Source of the DNA: Pecten maximus
Taxonomy: Eukaryota
DNA length: 64,000 bases
Direction: 5' to 3'
NCBI RefSeq assembly: GCF_902652985.1
Contig: NC_047017.1
Location: 26,598,001 to 26,662,000, forward strand
Positions 14,247 to 27,165 of this stretch are shown in pieces. The notes under the pieces are model-generated. The model ran no database searches and was not told the origin of the DNA. It was given only the letters and a program-made list of their open reading frames with translations. The position numbers and the translations under genes were made by a program. Each line of letters opens with the position of its first letter. Position 1 is the stretch's first letter.

Positions 14247-17200
14247 ATGGCTGATTATGCCGAGGTAAAATGCTCTCATATATAACTGTTTCATATTGTA
14301 AATAGATTATCATATTGTAATTATGTTGTAACAATGCAATAATAATTTAGTATTAAGATAAGATTTGTTTAGCAAAGGCATTTTCTTATTCACATTAATT
14401 TCATACTGCATGCTTAATAATCAATGTTATGGTGACTTTGCAGTTTTAATGAAATGTATTAGGATTGAGCAGTTGATTTATTCACTTTTGTGTAGATGCA
14501 ACCCTCTCGCGTAAGCACAAATATTACAATACAAATAGTTAAAATGTAAATTGTTTCACATTGTTTTTTATCATAAATTAAATTCTTTACTTGGTTTCGT
14601 AGAGTTCGATCCTTCAGCCGCTACAGGGAAGGATGGCACACGAAATGGCTGACCGTTGTGAACTACCTACGAAGGCAGTAAGAATTGAGGATCAATATGG
14701 ATGCTGGACATGTAGACCAAGGCAAGTGGCTATGGTATATTAAATAGTTTGTAATATTTATTATTTTTGTGCAGAAGCCATCGAGATTGGCAAACTTGAT
14801 TAAACTACAAAAAAAGTTTCTTACGCTTTTTAGCCTCTTATGTATCTAATTTTGACGTTACATCAATGCAAGACACTGCTGAAGTGACGTCATTGTATTA
14901 CTTTAGCTTTTGCGTATTTTTGTCACGCCGTCATACAATTGTTGAAAACATTCAAAGAACAGGTGTATCTTGTCTCAACCCTAGGGTAACATTGTGGATA
15001 TTCCTGACTAGGTAAGAGAAAATAATTTTCTGTTACTTTTCACAGAGTTTTACAGGTGTTTAATAGCATCCGATGGCACGTGTTTTGGCAGTGTGTGTTT
15101 AACTTCTTCGAGGGATTCGTCGTAAACGGTGTTATCAACGTCATCATTCCGTCCCTGGAGAAACGGTACGAGATGTCCAGCTCCCGATCCTCCATTATCG
15201 CCAGTGCTAATGATTTTGGTGCATTAGTTGTACTCATTTTCATCAGCTACTATGGGGGCCAGAGGAACAAACCGCGTATCATGGCAGCAGGAGTGTTTCT
15301 CATGTCAATAGGGAGTCTTATATTCTCTCTACCACAGTTCCTAGGAGACGAGTACCAGTACACTGTCTCAGGTAATCAGTATTTTATCAAAAACCATGTG
15401 ACCACGGACACCTGTGCTCTACTAATAATGCGTAAACGGACGAACGGAATCGTATGCTCACCTGCGTTTCCTAACAAACACATACAATGTACTATATACA
15501 TCATTAAAAATGAAAGACTTAAGTATTATATTTTTGAAATAATATTTTACTTAGCCTGTTGCAATATACATTACAGGGGGAACCAATGGAACACAAAATT
15601 TATGTATGCCGGAAAATGGCAACACTTCCAGTGACGCTTGTGGAAATGAAAGTTCCAACAATTCTGGATATAATAGCTATTACGCGTGCTTTTTAGTTGG
15701 TCAAGCGTTTCTTGGAATCGGAGCTGTCCCCATGTTTACAGTCGCGCTCACCTATATCGATGACAACTGTAAACCGAAATTGACGTCTTTCTTTATTGGT
15801 AAGAATTGGGGAATTTATCTCTAGTACCTCGATGCTGCTTTTCGGGTCTCGGGATATTAAGAACTTCAAGATAGAATAAATAATGTACCGGGGTACATGT
15901 TAGCTGTCATTCGAATGTTCCTTTAGAAGGGAAAATGCTCTCGCACCTAACTGCCAAAATAAAAAAAAAATCCTTTATAGATAATATGCGATTCACACTA
16001 AAAATGGAATGAAACACATGAAAGGGAATACAAATTGTCCTCTTACTACAATGTATTCAGTACAATTTTGTTCCCACCTTATTTGTAAAGATTTCTGAAT
16101 ATCTAATAATACATAGATCAATATTGATTAGTGATGTGTTTAGCCAATACTAAAGCAATTCATAGTCATATCACTTCACTAATAATTTCATTCATAAATT
16201 AGTTTCTTATACGTTTTGCGATTTTATAATACCACATACATGTATGTCAATGTCATAGCTGAATCAATAGTGTTAGTTAATGTTTTTGCCATTCAGCTAT
16301 TAAGAATAATAAGGCTTTTGTGTGGATTTGTTCTAGGGTGTACATTTAGCTCGGCGGCTGTCGGTGTTGCTGTAGGGTATATTGTCGGAGGACAGACACT
16401 ATCATATTTCGTAGATGCTGACAAAGTAGATATTTCTTCGTAAGTATCAAGAGATGTTCGTATTACTGATTCACCAGTATTGTTTGAGATATGATCTATA
16501 TTACATATTTCTAAAATCATTTATCTTTTGAATTCAACAGAATATCCGTGGTAACACAGTACTAATGGTTTAGTTACCACTCTGAGAGCACTCATATATA
16601 ACATAATGGTTTAGGTATTATGTAAGTCATTGTACACACGTCTGTAATGGCATAATACCTACCTTAGAGAACCCGTATAAACATTTTTTCACAAAGGAGG
16701 TCAAATTGATATTGCGCTTTTGCCTATTTTCATTATCATGTTGTCATAATTGATTTAGCGCTCTATTTTTGGTTGTGTGTATGACTCATACTAACTGCTT
16801 TCCACAGCATCCCTCTCACTCCGGCTGATCCCCAGTGGGTGGGGGCGTGGTGGATTGGGATACTTGTATCCTTCCTTTCTTTCCTGTTGATCGGTTTCCC
16901 ACTCCTCGGATATCCCAAGGAACTTCCAGGTATGTATACGTAATATTTCTTAGACATATTCAAAGATAATTTACATAAGGTAGATCTACTTTGGTGTGAG
17001 AGACATGCTTATATGGTTTGTTAAATACTTAACAGCACATTCCTAGATGTTCGTTGCTAAAGATCACATGGGAAGTTGTATGGGCGACATCATGATTTAT
17101 TAGGAAATATTTTATTTCCTAATTCAATATGAAGTTAGACGCTCGTTGCTCGTTGATATGCCTGTTTGTCGTTTTGAAGATAAGCCATAACCAGATTTTT

Positions 17201-20200
17201 TTTTATAATTATGTGGAAATGGCTTGGGTTGGTGTCGATGAAGCTGAAGACGCTAACACTTCAGGAACATCCTATCGCTTTCTTCTTGTATTTTGTCAAG
17301 TCATTAATGTAAATCTATATTCTGTTCATATGTTTTGCCCCCCCCCCCCCCTCCTTTTTTAAAATTTGTTTTGTGTTTCCAATTAAAAATTTCTGTGGAC
17401 TCCGGTTTTTATCCATTGATCAATGATACCGACGGTTCTTAAAAAAAATGAAGAGCACATTTTATGACAGTGAAGTATTTTAAAGAGTTATCTTAAGAAA
17501 ACATGTATGACTTGTTACCAGGCCAAGAACAACTTCAGAAACTCCGCAGGTCTGAAGCCCACAACGTCAATGCTAATGAAATGACCACGAGACCTAATTT
17601 CGGCAAATCTTGGAAGGACTTCCCAAAATCTGTCTATTTATTGGTAAGCATTGGTTCACTTTTGTATATGTTTGTTCTTTTGGCATTTTTTTAATAGAAT
17701 ATTAGGAATACTGATATACATGTACAAGGTATTATTGCTTGGAACTTGCTTTGCAACACGCTTGGAAACCTGATGTATTTCGAAAATAATGCTTTTATGA
17801 AATGAATTTACACTTTCAAACATAATTACAAACCCAGTATACCCCTTGAGCAATTACAATTCTAGTGCAACCGTCCTTCGATAATGTAATCATTTTAGGT
17901 TCATTTTGATTGATTTCCATTCTGAAATTCCACATGCTTGTCCGAAGCTTCCGAGTCTTTGAAGGACGAAACAGCTGTATGATGCGGTCTTGTATTTATT
18001 ATTTTGTCTACATTGACTTGTTTACAATTCATTGAACAATGACAGGTTCGGAATCCTGCTTTCCTTTTCACATGCCTATCCGCAACAGCGGAGGCCCTTA
18101 TAATTGGTGGTTTAGCGACCTTTGGCGCCAAATTGTTGCAGGAATTCTACCACGTGGACCTAACAAAGGCTGGTCTAATAATGGGTAAGATATTCATTCC
18201 ATTCTCTGACAAAATTGAAAAAAGCAAATATATGGTCACATTATTATGCTACTTTTCTATGTGGTACCAGGGACAATCACATACTGATATCAAAATTCAA
18301 TTATGATGTCGCATATTGAGTATACAGAGTATGGAGCATATTTAACGGTTTTTTAAATTAACTGATGTTTCTATTTTAAATGCATATAATTAAAGTCATT
18401 CTGGATCGCTAAAGCAATACTGTCATAAGTCTGGCTTCTTTGGTTGCATGGTTCTGTTAACTATTATTTTGTTTTCGCATTCGTTATCATGGCCAGCAAC
18501 AGTCATTTCATGGTTATGCTAATGCTATCGGTAATAGCTTACATCTACAGATATCAAATCATTTTCTTTGGTGACTAAATAGGTCTCATCACCATTCCTG
18601 GATCTGGTGGCGGAATGTTACTTGGTGGATATCTCGTGAAGAAATTTGATTGGAAGTTTCCAGGAATAATACGCTACTGTGCTATATGTATGTTCGTATG
18701 CATGCTGATTGCTCCTTCGTTCCTCGCCAGCTGTCCTAGCCAACCGTTAGCTGGAATAACAGGAACCTACAAATATGAGAGGTATATTAGGTACATCATA
18801 AATACATATAACTGGTCGTTCCAGTTGTATGTTAGTTCTTAATATTTCATAATAGTTTGTGGGTTACAAACAGAAATTGTTGGAGAAGAAATGTTTAAAA
18901 TGAGATACATTCACAGTGATAAGAACTGTTTTAGATGTGAAAAAGTATTGATCTGCTCAATGGATGACGTCATATAAAGACGATGTAAGCAAATGATAGG
19001 GCCGCTATTTAAGAATCTGCTAAAATGTATTTTGCTTAGAAAGAAGAATGAGGAAAGGTGATGTTAAACGGATCTTTTATAGTTCTGAATAGTGTTATCT
19101 ACATGTATATATAAATGGAGGACAAATAGTATAATTTGTCAATTTTCATGTACTTACATGTTAATGTAAATAAATATATATTCTTTTATTTATTTATGCT
19201 GGTGTCAATTTAGCTCCCATACAGGCCTATCGGCTAACTGTAACCAGGACTGTCACTGTGCCACGTCCGGGTACGAACCTGTCTGTGATGGTAACCATAC
19301 CGTCTACTTTACGCCCTGTCACGCAGGGTGTACGGGGTTCAGCATCAACGGTGACGTCAAGGTATATTAACCAACGCCCATGACAGACTTATCATACTGT
19401 AGCCATGCTCAGATATTCTGGCACTGTTTGGTAATACGCGGTGAAAAGTGGTTCTGTTTGTCCTGATAATTACCTTACAACGCACTCAAGCAAATTTCAA
19501 AAGGTATCAAAATAGGCATTCTCAATATTTCAATGTCAGAAACTGCAAATATAAACGACAATTGTTGAAAATATATTGCTTGTGCTGTGCAATTTTTCAT
19601 ACAACCATAATTTCGTGATGTGTTATCAGCGAATGCTGATCATATGATAGGCCAATATCTTAATGATATAATCCTATTTTGTCAATCAGGAATACTTCAA
19701 CTGTAGCTGTATATCGGGAGAGATGAGTACTCTATCGTCGGTGGAAGTACACACTGATGCTGTAGGAGGCTCGTGTGCTGACCAATGTATTTGGTTCTAC
19801 GTATTCTGTATACTGTTATTTTTCAACATGCTCTTTACATTTATGACTATGCCTGCAAGTACAACGGCAACATTCAGGTAAGTTGTCCTATCACAAAGTG
19901 TCGATTCCACTTTGCGTTTTGACAATGACGCAATTCATAACTTTAAATCATATTGTATATCATATCAATTAATAATAACAGCAACAGTGTTTAGCTGAAC
20001 TTTGTTGCATATAGAGTGAAAGACTCGTTTCAAATCGGATCAACCATATCAAGAATAATTTACACAAAATTTCAAACTTTGTCGGTGTTTGTGTCATATT
20101 TCACTGACTTTGTTTTGTTTTCAGATGCGTTCCACCGAAACAGAGATCTCTCGCCATAGGGGTGGAGCTGTTGGTTGTTAGATTGTTAGGTAATTTATCC

Positions 20201-20896
20201 AATGACCGAATAATGTACCGTATGTATGTGGTATGTGGCGCCATTTTACAGACATTTTGTGCATTGTCTTGGAGCTCTTGATAAATAGTTCTTATTTTCA
20301 GTGTAGTTTCCACAGACTAATAGATAGCTCATGGTTGTTTGTATACGTATGTCCAGGATTATATCAGATAAATTTACCAACCCTAGGATTTTAGAGATAA
20401 TCAAAATCCATCGAGTTTTACATACCCTGAAGATTTGTAATATTAGAAAATCCAAACAGTGTTCTTAAAATTCAAGCCTAACTGAAACGTAACATGAAAA
20501 AATATATAAAGTATATTGACTGTTTCGTGCACTTCTTCAAACCTAAAACGAAATGAATTATGATCAAATAGTTTTGTTGCAGTATATCAGACCTTTTAAT
20601 GAACGTTCACAGGTACAACGCCTGGTCCTATTTTGCTAGGAGCCATAATAGACAGCGCATGCTCCGTGTGGCAGGAAAGCTGTGGAAAGACCGGATCCTG
20701 TTGGACGTACCGGAAGTCCGATCTGGGTATTCGTCTGATGGTGTGGTTTGCAGCAATTAAACTTATGGGCGTCATATTTGCCACGATTGCATACAAGGTT
20801 TATGTTCCCCCTGCGATTGAAGACACAACTAATGCAGTCCCGTCAGTTGCTGCAAAATTGGACAATTTCAAAAAGGATGAATCAACTAGATTGTGA
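14247..20896 (+). CDS. Organic anion transporting polypeptide (OATP/SLCO family), tandem copy 2; 13 coding exons, about 684 aa (first micro-exon less certain)
   Basis: Exons: 14247-14264 (MADYAE, tentative), 14603-14721 (GC donor), 15046-15371, 15577-15798, 16337-16439, 16808-16929, 17522-17643, 18046-18184, 18583-18781, 19214-19361, 19690-19877, 20125-20189, 20613-20896 (2055 nt). Nine internal exons have the same length as in copy 1. It carries the same [11 protein letters not shown] signature and Kazal-like loop and ends ESTRL. Confidence 0.92.
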
Positions 20897-22739
20897 CTTA
20901 TACTGTATAAATAGTCAGATAACCTTTTAAAGTCTTACAATTGGTTTGTCTATAATGTATCAAGTGTATATTATCTATGTGAAACAAGCTTATACCCCCT
21001 TTGAGTCGACATCAGCTTAATTCGTGCTATCACTAGGAGACAAACATGAACAAAACACACAAAAACACTTCGCACATGCATCGCGCATTCGAGAGGACGT
21101 CCTTAAAAAATAAACTGTTTATTATCATCAGACCTTTTAGAATAGTACGGTGGCTGGAAACGGACGTAATGTTAATCAAAATGAAATTGTTGCGTGCGAA
21201 CATAATATCACTTTGTCGGAACGCAATGCTATTGCGTAAAAAAATAGTATTGCATGCAAACGGAATGTTATTAACACAATAATGTTACATGCGAACGATT
21301 TATTATTGCGTTGGAACGTATTTATATCACTAATGGGAGCGCATAACCTCCCAATTAAAAATAACTTTGTGTTTACCATAGTGTTCTCTGACCGTTGCTA
21401 TCCCTTTCTAGCGTTCGAGCTTCACTTGGCGTAGGTGTTGTATGAAGGCGTAATTAATACATTACCCACGCCTCAAATATAATGTCGAAACATTCAATGC
21501 AAACATTCAAACATTTTCATAGAAGTTCGGGTACTCATCCTTACTGATATCATTTCATTCCGCAAACTTCAAATGCAAAATCGTACACTCTTCTCTCTAA
21601 CATAATTCTCATTTCAGAATACATAATGCATTAACGCGCAAGATACAGCTAATATCGATGTTAACATGAAATTAATGTATAGACACACAAATAAGCATTA
21701 CAAAAATACAAATAAGCATTTAAAAAAATATGAATAAGTATTACAAATAAATAAGCATTACAAAAATACAAATCAGTAATGATTCAAACACATTTGCAGA
21801 TTTTATACAAATGATAAATTGCCGTTGCAGATTTATCTGATTCCCTGATTTTCCCTCAAATTAAACGTTGTTTTGTGGGAACATTATTAAAAGGCTGTTT
21901 CAAATCCTGACAGTACAGGTTAAAGAAACATTATCAAAATACAGTACATCGTGGATGTATCGTAGATTTCTTTCTAAAGAACTTCCGAATTCAACCTTCG
22001 GGAATTACATGATAGATACGTGATCATTGCGTTCCCATGCGTTCTCACGCGATGATGATTCGTTCACACACAATAATATTTCGCTTGCTTGTCCTTTCCA
22101 ACCCACCATAGAATGATGATGAACGCTGATGCAAATGGCGTTGATTGTCATTTCTTCAGCCATCAATCCGTTGAACATGTTGATCAATAAGAGTAGTGTT
22201 TCTAGCCATGGAAAATATTACTCCTTGCCGACGAAAGTTAGAAAGCTGATTTCCGAGGATAATGATTTGATGTTAACCTTGTTTGAGACGTGCTGTCTTA
22301 GATTAACACCTTATTTCGATCATTAATTTGTTTTCCGCAGCTGAATGTATCCTAGTAATGTTTCGGACAGAGTTGATAAAAACATTGATGTCCAACCTCT
22401 TTGACTGCAATGCGTTTTTGCTCGTTACAATAAACTATGTTTTCATATTTGTTGACTTGGTGTTATTGTAAAAACACAATATCTATCATGACATGATTAA
22501 AATGTACAGCATTTACACAAGAAATAAAGTTGAACACATTAGAAAGGGTTTAGTGATGCAAATGATCACAAAGAAAATAACGACTTATCTATGAAAGGCA
22601 CATGCTTGAATTTTGATTTGAATTTAAGAAAAAGTCATTATACATATCTACATTAGAACCCCATGGTTGATGATTCAGGGTTTGGTCTACTGTCCACATT
22701 TGTTTCAGAGGTTATATAGGATTAGGATTTGCGTCTAAT

Positions 22740-22850
22740 ATCTCCACTGGGAATCGAACCTAGGACCACGGTTTACTAAGCTAATACCCTACTGAATGAG
22801 GCGAACGGAAATTCTCCTTGGCCGAGTTGGCAGGAAGCAGCTAGTAAGGG
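22740..22850 (-). mobile_element. Possible tRNA-derived SINE head
   Basis: gggaatcgaacct is the reverse complement of a Pol III B-box (AGGTTCGATTCCC). No tRNA cloverleaf could be folded. Confidence 0.4.
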
Positions 22851-23380
22851 CTTGGTATACGGCATTTACCAAAACACTGAAAGAGTCAACAATTCGAGAA
22901 AAGGGTTATCAATTACATATATGTCTGTGAATGAGGTAAAAATGTTCGTCGGTAAAAGTTTTTAACGATTTAAACGATCATCCCACTTGATACGCTAGAC
23001 TGAACACTAGAGAAGATATGCAAATAGAATAGTTCCCTATACCAGTGAGATTAATCGCAATGATTTCGATTATATATAGCAGGGAGGCAGAAAGTTTATG
23101 CGACTATGACAAAGTCAGTTGGAATTTATTAAAATGATAATGTCTTATATCTCTAAAAAATGAAATGAAAAAATGGAACATTTTGTGTTACCTTTTTCAC
23201 TGTAGGTGAAGAAATACAGACAAGAAATCGTAGATACATGTAGAGTTTTCAAGAACTGCACTCCATTCTTTGTCTAGCATGGTAACTGGATATCTCTCAA
23301 ACAGTTTTCTACTGTTTCTTTATCAAAAATGATAGGCTTTGTAATATGATTATGATAATTTTATCATTATGATATAGAGG

Positions 23381-23757
23381 ATATCTAACAGTGTCTTCAG
23401 TAATACCAAATATATTTCACGAGTGGGGCTAATATTTTGATATTTTTCACGAGTGCGCAGCACGAGTGAAACATATCAAAATATTAGCCACACGAGTGAA
23501 ATATATTTGGTATTACTGAAGACACTGTTAGATATTCTGTTTATTACATTTTTTATCAACGAAAAACCTACCCCGTATGCTAACTAGGCCTAATATAAAC
23601 AAAAAAAGTAGTTCCCCCTGTCCAGGTGCTGACATATATGTCGGGCTTTCTGATTGGTCAATTATTTTGGTATTTTCTAATCATTAATTACTAGTGAAAA
23701 ATATAACTTTTATAGAATGAATAATTTTTGATATTTCACTGGTAAAAATGTAATAAA
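23381..23757. mobile_element. Palindrome-headed non-autonomous repeat element (type A)
   Basis: A 155-bp near-perfect palindrome (23381-23535). tttattacattttt (23540-23553) pairs with aaaaatgtaataaa (23744-23757), and a partial arm copy lies just before the latter. Confidence 0.7.
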
Positions 23758-24071
23758 TAATGTTCTGTTTCCTTAAGAGGCATTTTAATTCTACCAATTT
23801 TGCAAGAGACAGTGCCCTTACTTTTTTTTTTTTTTTACTTTAGTCTTGTCCATCGAGATGTTCTACGGTTGTCTACTGATATCTTTGAAAATTATTTTAT
23901 ACGCTTTATAATCATGCTATGTAGTTGTGCGTTATGAGCTGGAGACTAATCTCCGATTACTCCAGTATTCATCAAACGGTTAGAAAATTAAACATTGACT
24001 TTGTTGTGAAAGATGATGTAAGCATGGTATATATAGTGTATTAACAGACGAGTGCCTATGATTACACTGTA

Positions 24072-26286
24072 CAAAGATGCAATTAGTGTTTTAGATTCCT
24101 CTAAGTCTTCTGGTCCAGATTTGATAAGTGTTAAGTTTCTAACTGAAGGTGTAAACCAGCTTGCTGAACCATTATGTTTGCTGTTTAATTAAATCTCTCC
24201 AATCGTCTTACTATCCTGACAAATGGAAAAATGCTAATATAACCCCTATTTTTAAAAAAAAAAGGTGACAAAAGTAATACTGCCAACTATAGGCCGATAT
24301 CACTTATCAGTATTCTGGGCAAGTTGATGGAACGATGTGTTTTTAAATATGTATATAACTTTCTGCACAGAAATAATTTTTTCACGAAGTCACAGTCCGG
24401 TTTTATCCCTGGAGATTCTGCTGTAAATCAATTAATTTCTATCACTAATGATATCGGTAAGGCTCTTGATAATGGTAAAGAAATTCAGGTTATATTTTGT
24501 GATATAAGTAAAGCTTTCGATAGAGTTTGGCACAAAGGGCTACTTTACAAATTGCAACGGGCGGGAATTTCTGGTAAGCTAATCGATTGGTTCAAAAATT
24601 ATCTATCAAACAGACATCAAAGGGTTGTTATAAACAGGAAATCATCATCTTACAAAACAATTACAGCAGGAGTTCCCCAGGGATCCATTCTAGGACCACT
24701 ATTATTTCTTGTTTACATTAATGACATTGCTAACGACATTAACAGCACAATTAAACTCTTTGCGGACGACACCACTCTTTATATGATGATAGATAATCCC
24801 ATAATAACAAATCAGTTGATAAACAACGATTTAGCGAAAATAGATAATTGGGCTAACAATTGGCTGGTTACCTTTAATCCTACTAAAACAGAGTCTTTGT
24901 TAGTCAGTAAAAAATTAAACAGGCCAAACCATCCTCCAGTATTAATGAACAATACAGTTGTATTAAACGTAACCTCTCATAAACATCTTGGTGTATATCT
25001 TTCTGCTGATTTTAGCTGGACTAAGCACATTAATTATATTCTAGGTAAAACTTCCAAGCGTCTAGGAATACTCAGGAAATTAAAATTCTCTCTCGACAGA
25101 CACTCTTTACAAACTCTATATACATCTTTTATACGACCAATCTTAGAATATGCGGATGTCGTCTGGGAATTCTTTACCACTATATTTAATTGAGAGACTA
25201 GAACATGTTCAAATAGAGGCCGGTAGAATAGTAACGGGGGCCACTAAACTTGTAAATATACAATTATTATACAACGATCTATGCTGGGAAAAATTATCGG
25301 ATAGAAGGAAAAAACATAAAATTATTCAGTTTCACAAAATGTTTCACAAAATAACACCAGAATATCTCTGCTCACTTGTTCCTTCCCAACATTCAGATTT
25401 GCATGATTACAGAAGCAGACAAGGCAATCAATTATTAACTGTTCATTCTAAATCAAATTATTATAAAACATCCTTTTTACCTTCAACAATCGAACTTTGG
25501 AATTCTATACCGGCAGACATCAGAAACAACCCCTCTCTGATTATCATAAAAAAAATTACCTAAATAAAGACATTAAACCCCACCATGTTATAGAAATTTT
25601 GGCACACGTAACTTACAAATACTACATACTAGACTTCGTTTAAATTGCAGTAACTTGAAAGAACATTTATTTAACAGAAATCTAACGGATAGCCCTTTCT
25701 GTTCATGTGGATATATTGAAGATAATTTTCACTTTTTATGCATGTGTGAAAAATTTATTAATCAGCGTAATCAGTTTGTATTTAGTTTAAATTTTGATCT
25801 GAATACTGATATTCTATTATCAGGAAACCCAGACTTGTCAAATGAAGAAAATGAAATAATATTGAAGCTGTACATAATTTTATATTACATTCCAAAAGGT
25901 TCGACTAAATATTTATGAACTACTTAGCTTAATCGTAATTTATCCACATCCCCATCGACATCATTAATTAACATAAATAATTTACATAATTATATACATG
26001 TATCCAAGTATTTCATTCTCCAATTAGATTGCTATAACATAGATTTATTTGTATTCCGCCACTGTTCATCACTTTTCACCATAATTTACCTTTCTTTTCA
26101 AAATAATTATTTTCTGTTTATTATTATGAAACAGTATTTGTACCACCATACTAATCACCAATATGCCGAACCTTAGAGGGAAATGGATTAATATAAGCTT
26201 TAAGCTTGTTTCTAAATCCCTCACCAATGTATAATTTGCAATGTATATGTACACTTGTCTTGAATATGAATAAATATTGTTTAAAC
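24072..26286 (+). mobile_element. 5'-truncated CR1-group non-LTR retrotransposon (reverse transcriptase remnant, frameshifted)
   Basis: RT motifs NYRPISL, QSGF, DISKAFDRVWH, GVPQGSILGPLLFLVYIND, LFADDT and HKHLGV, plus a C-terminal CSCG..ED..HFL..C. The 3' end is aataaatattgtttaaac. A 9-bp direct repeat tacactgta flanks it at 24063-24071 and 26287-26295. Confidence 0.93.
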
Positions 26287-26510
26287 TACACTGTATTTAG
26301 ATTTCCTGTATATATTGGGTGTATTGAAAGACGAGTCGAGTGCCTGTGATTACACAATGTATTTAGATTTCCTGTATATATTGGGTGTATTACGAGTCGA
26401 GTGCCTGTGATTACACAATGTATTTAAATTTCCTGTATATATATTGGGTGTATTGACAGACAAGTCGAGTGCCTGTAACTATACACACTGTATTTAGATT
26501 TCCTGTATGT
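26287..26510. repeat. Minisatellite of about 60-65 bp (3-4 units), with a further partial unit at about 24028-24071 left of the LINE
   Basis: Unit tacac[a/t]..gtatttagatttcctgtatatattgggtgtattga..gacgagtcgagtgcctgtgat. The left flank gtgtattaacagacgagtgcctatgattacactgta matches it. Confidence 0.85.
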
Positions 26511-27165
26511 ATTCTCTGTTTGGCCTTACACGTACGAAATTGACGTTCACATTTCGATAAACGTTGGTTTGGCGCGTGTAGTCAGACCGGCCCGGTCCTG
26601 ATTCGGCGCACACACAAGGTTTTTGTCTTTACAAGCAGGAGGCATTTCACACACTGTACACATCAAATAAGATTTCGAAAAGTGTTTAAAAACAAAGAAA
26701 AACATCTGTACAAACAATGCATAATTGCAAATGGAGCAATACAATCTACATTGCAGATCCAGAGTTTATCAAATTATACCATGATTTAAAGAGACTGGTT
26801 TGTTTTGTTTTGTTTTTTTTTGAAGAAAAACAACAATGAAAATAAAATTAAATGAATAAATAAAAATGCCATTCAGGACGAACATCAAGTTCCATCAATT
26901 CAAAAGTAATCAAGGCAGAAAAACAACAACAAAAACCACATAATTAAAACATCTGTAAGATTAATGATATTCAATGGGCGTATATTATTTTGTCCCATGA
27001 TACTCTTGCATTTAAGTCTTATTATTGTTATACTTTTATTTTAAATTAATTTAAAAGTATCATTAAAAGGATAATTTACATGAACTGTAATCACAGAAAT
27101 AAATATTTTCCGGATTTTCGTCACCGCTTTTCCGCATGCAAAATTAGAATTCTCTATTAGTAAAC

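Noticed and set aside
21980-22345. Possible minus-strand exon downstream of OATP copy 2
   Set aside because: All three frames after the candidate acceptor stop quickly and no recognisable protein results.
22740-22810. tRNA gene
   Set aside because: Only a B-box is present and no cloverleaf forms; at most a SINE head.
24324-25193. RT as a retron, DGR or telomerase-like novel system
   Set aside because: Motifs, 3' tail, TSD and 5' truncation all fit an ordinary CR1-group LINE.
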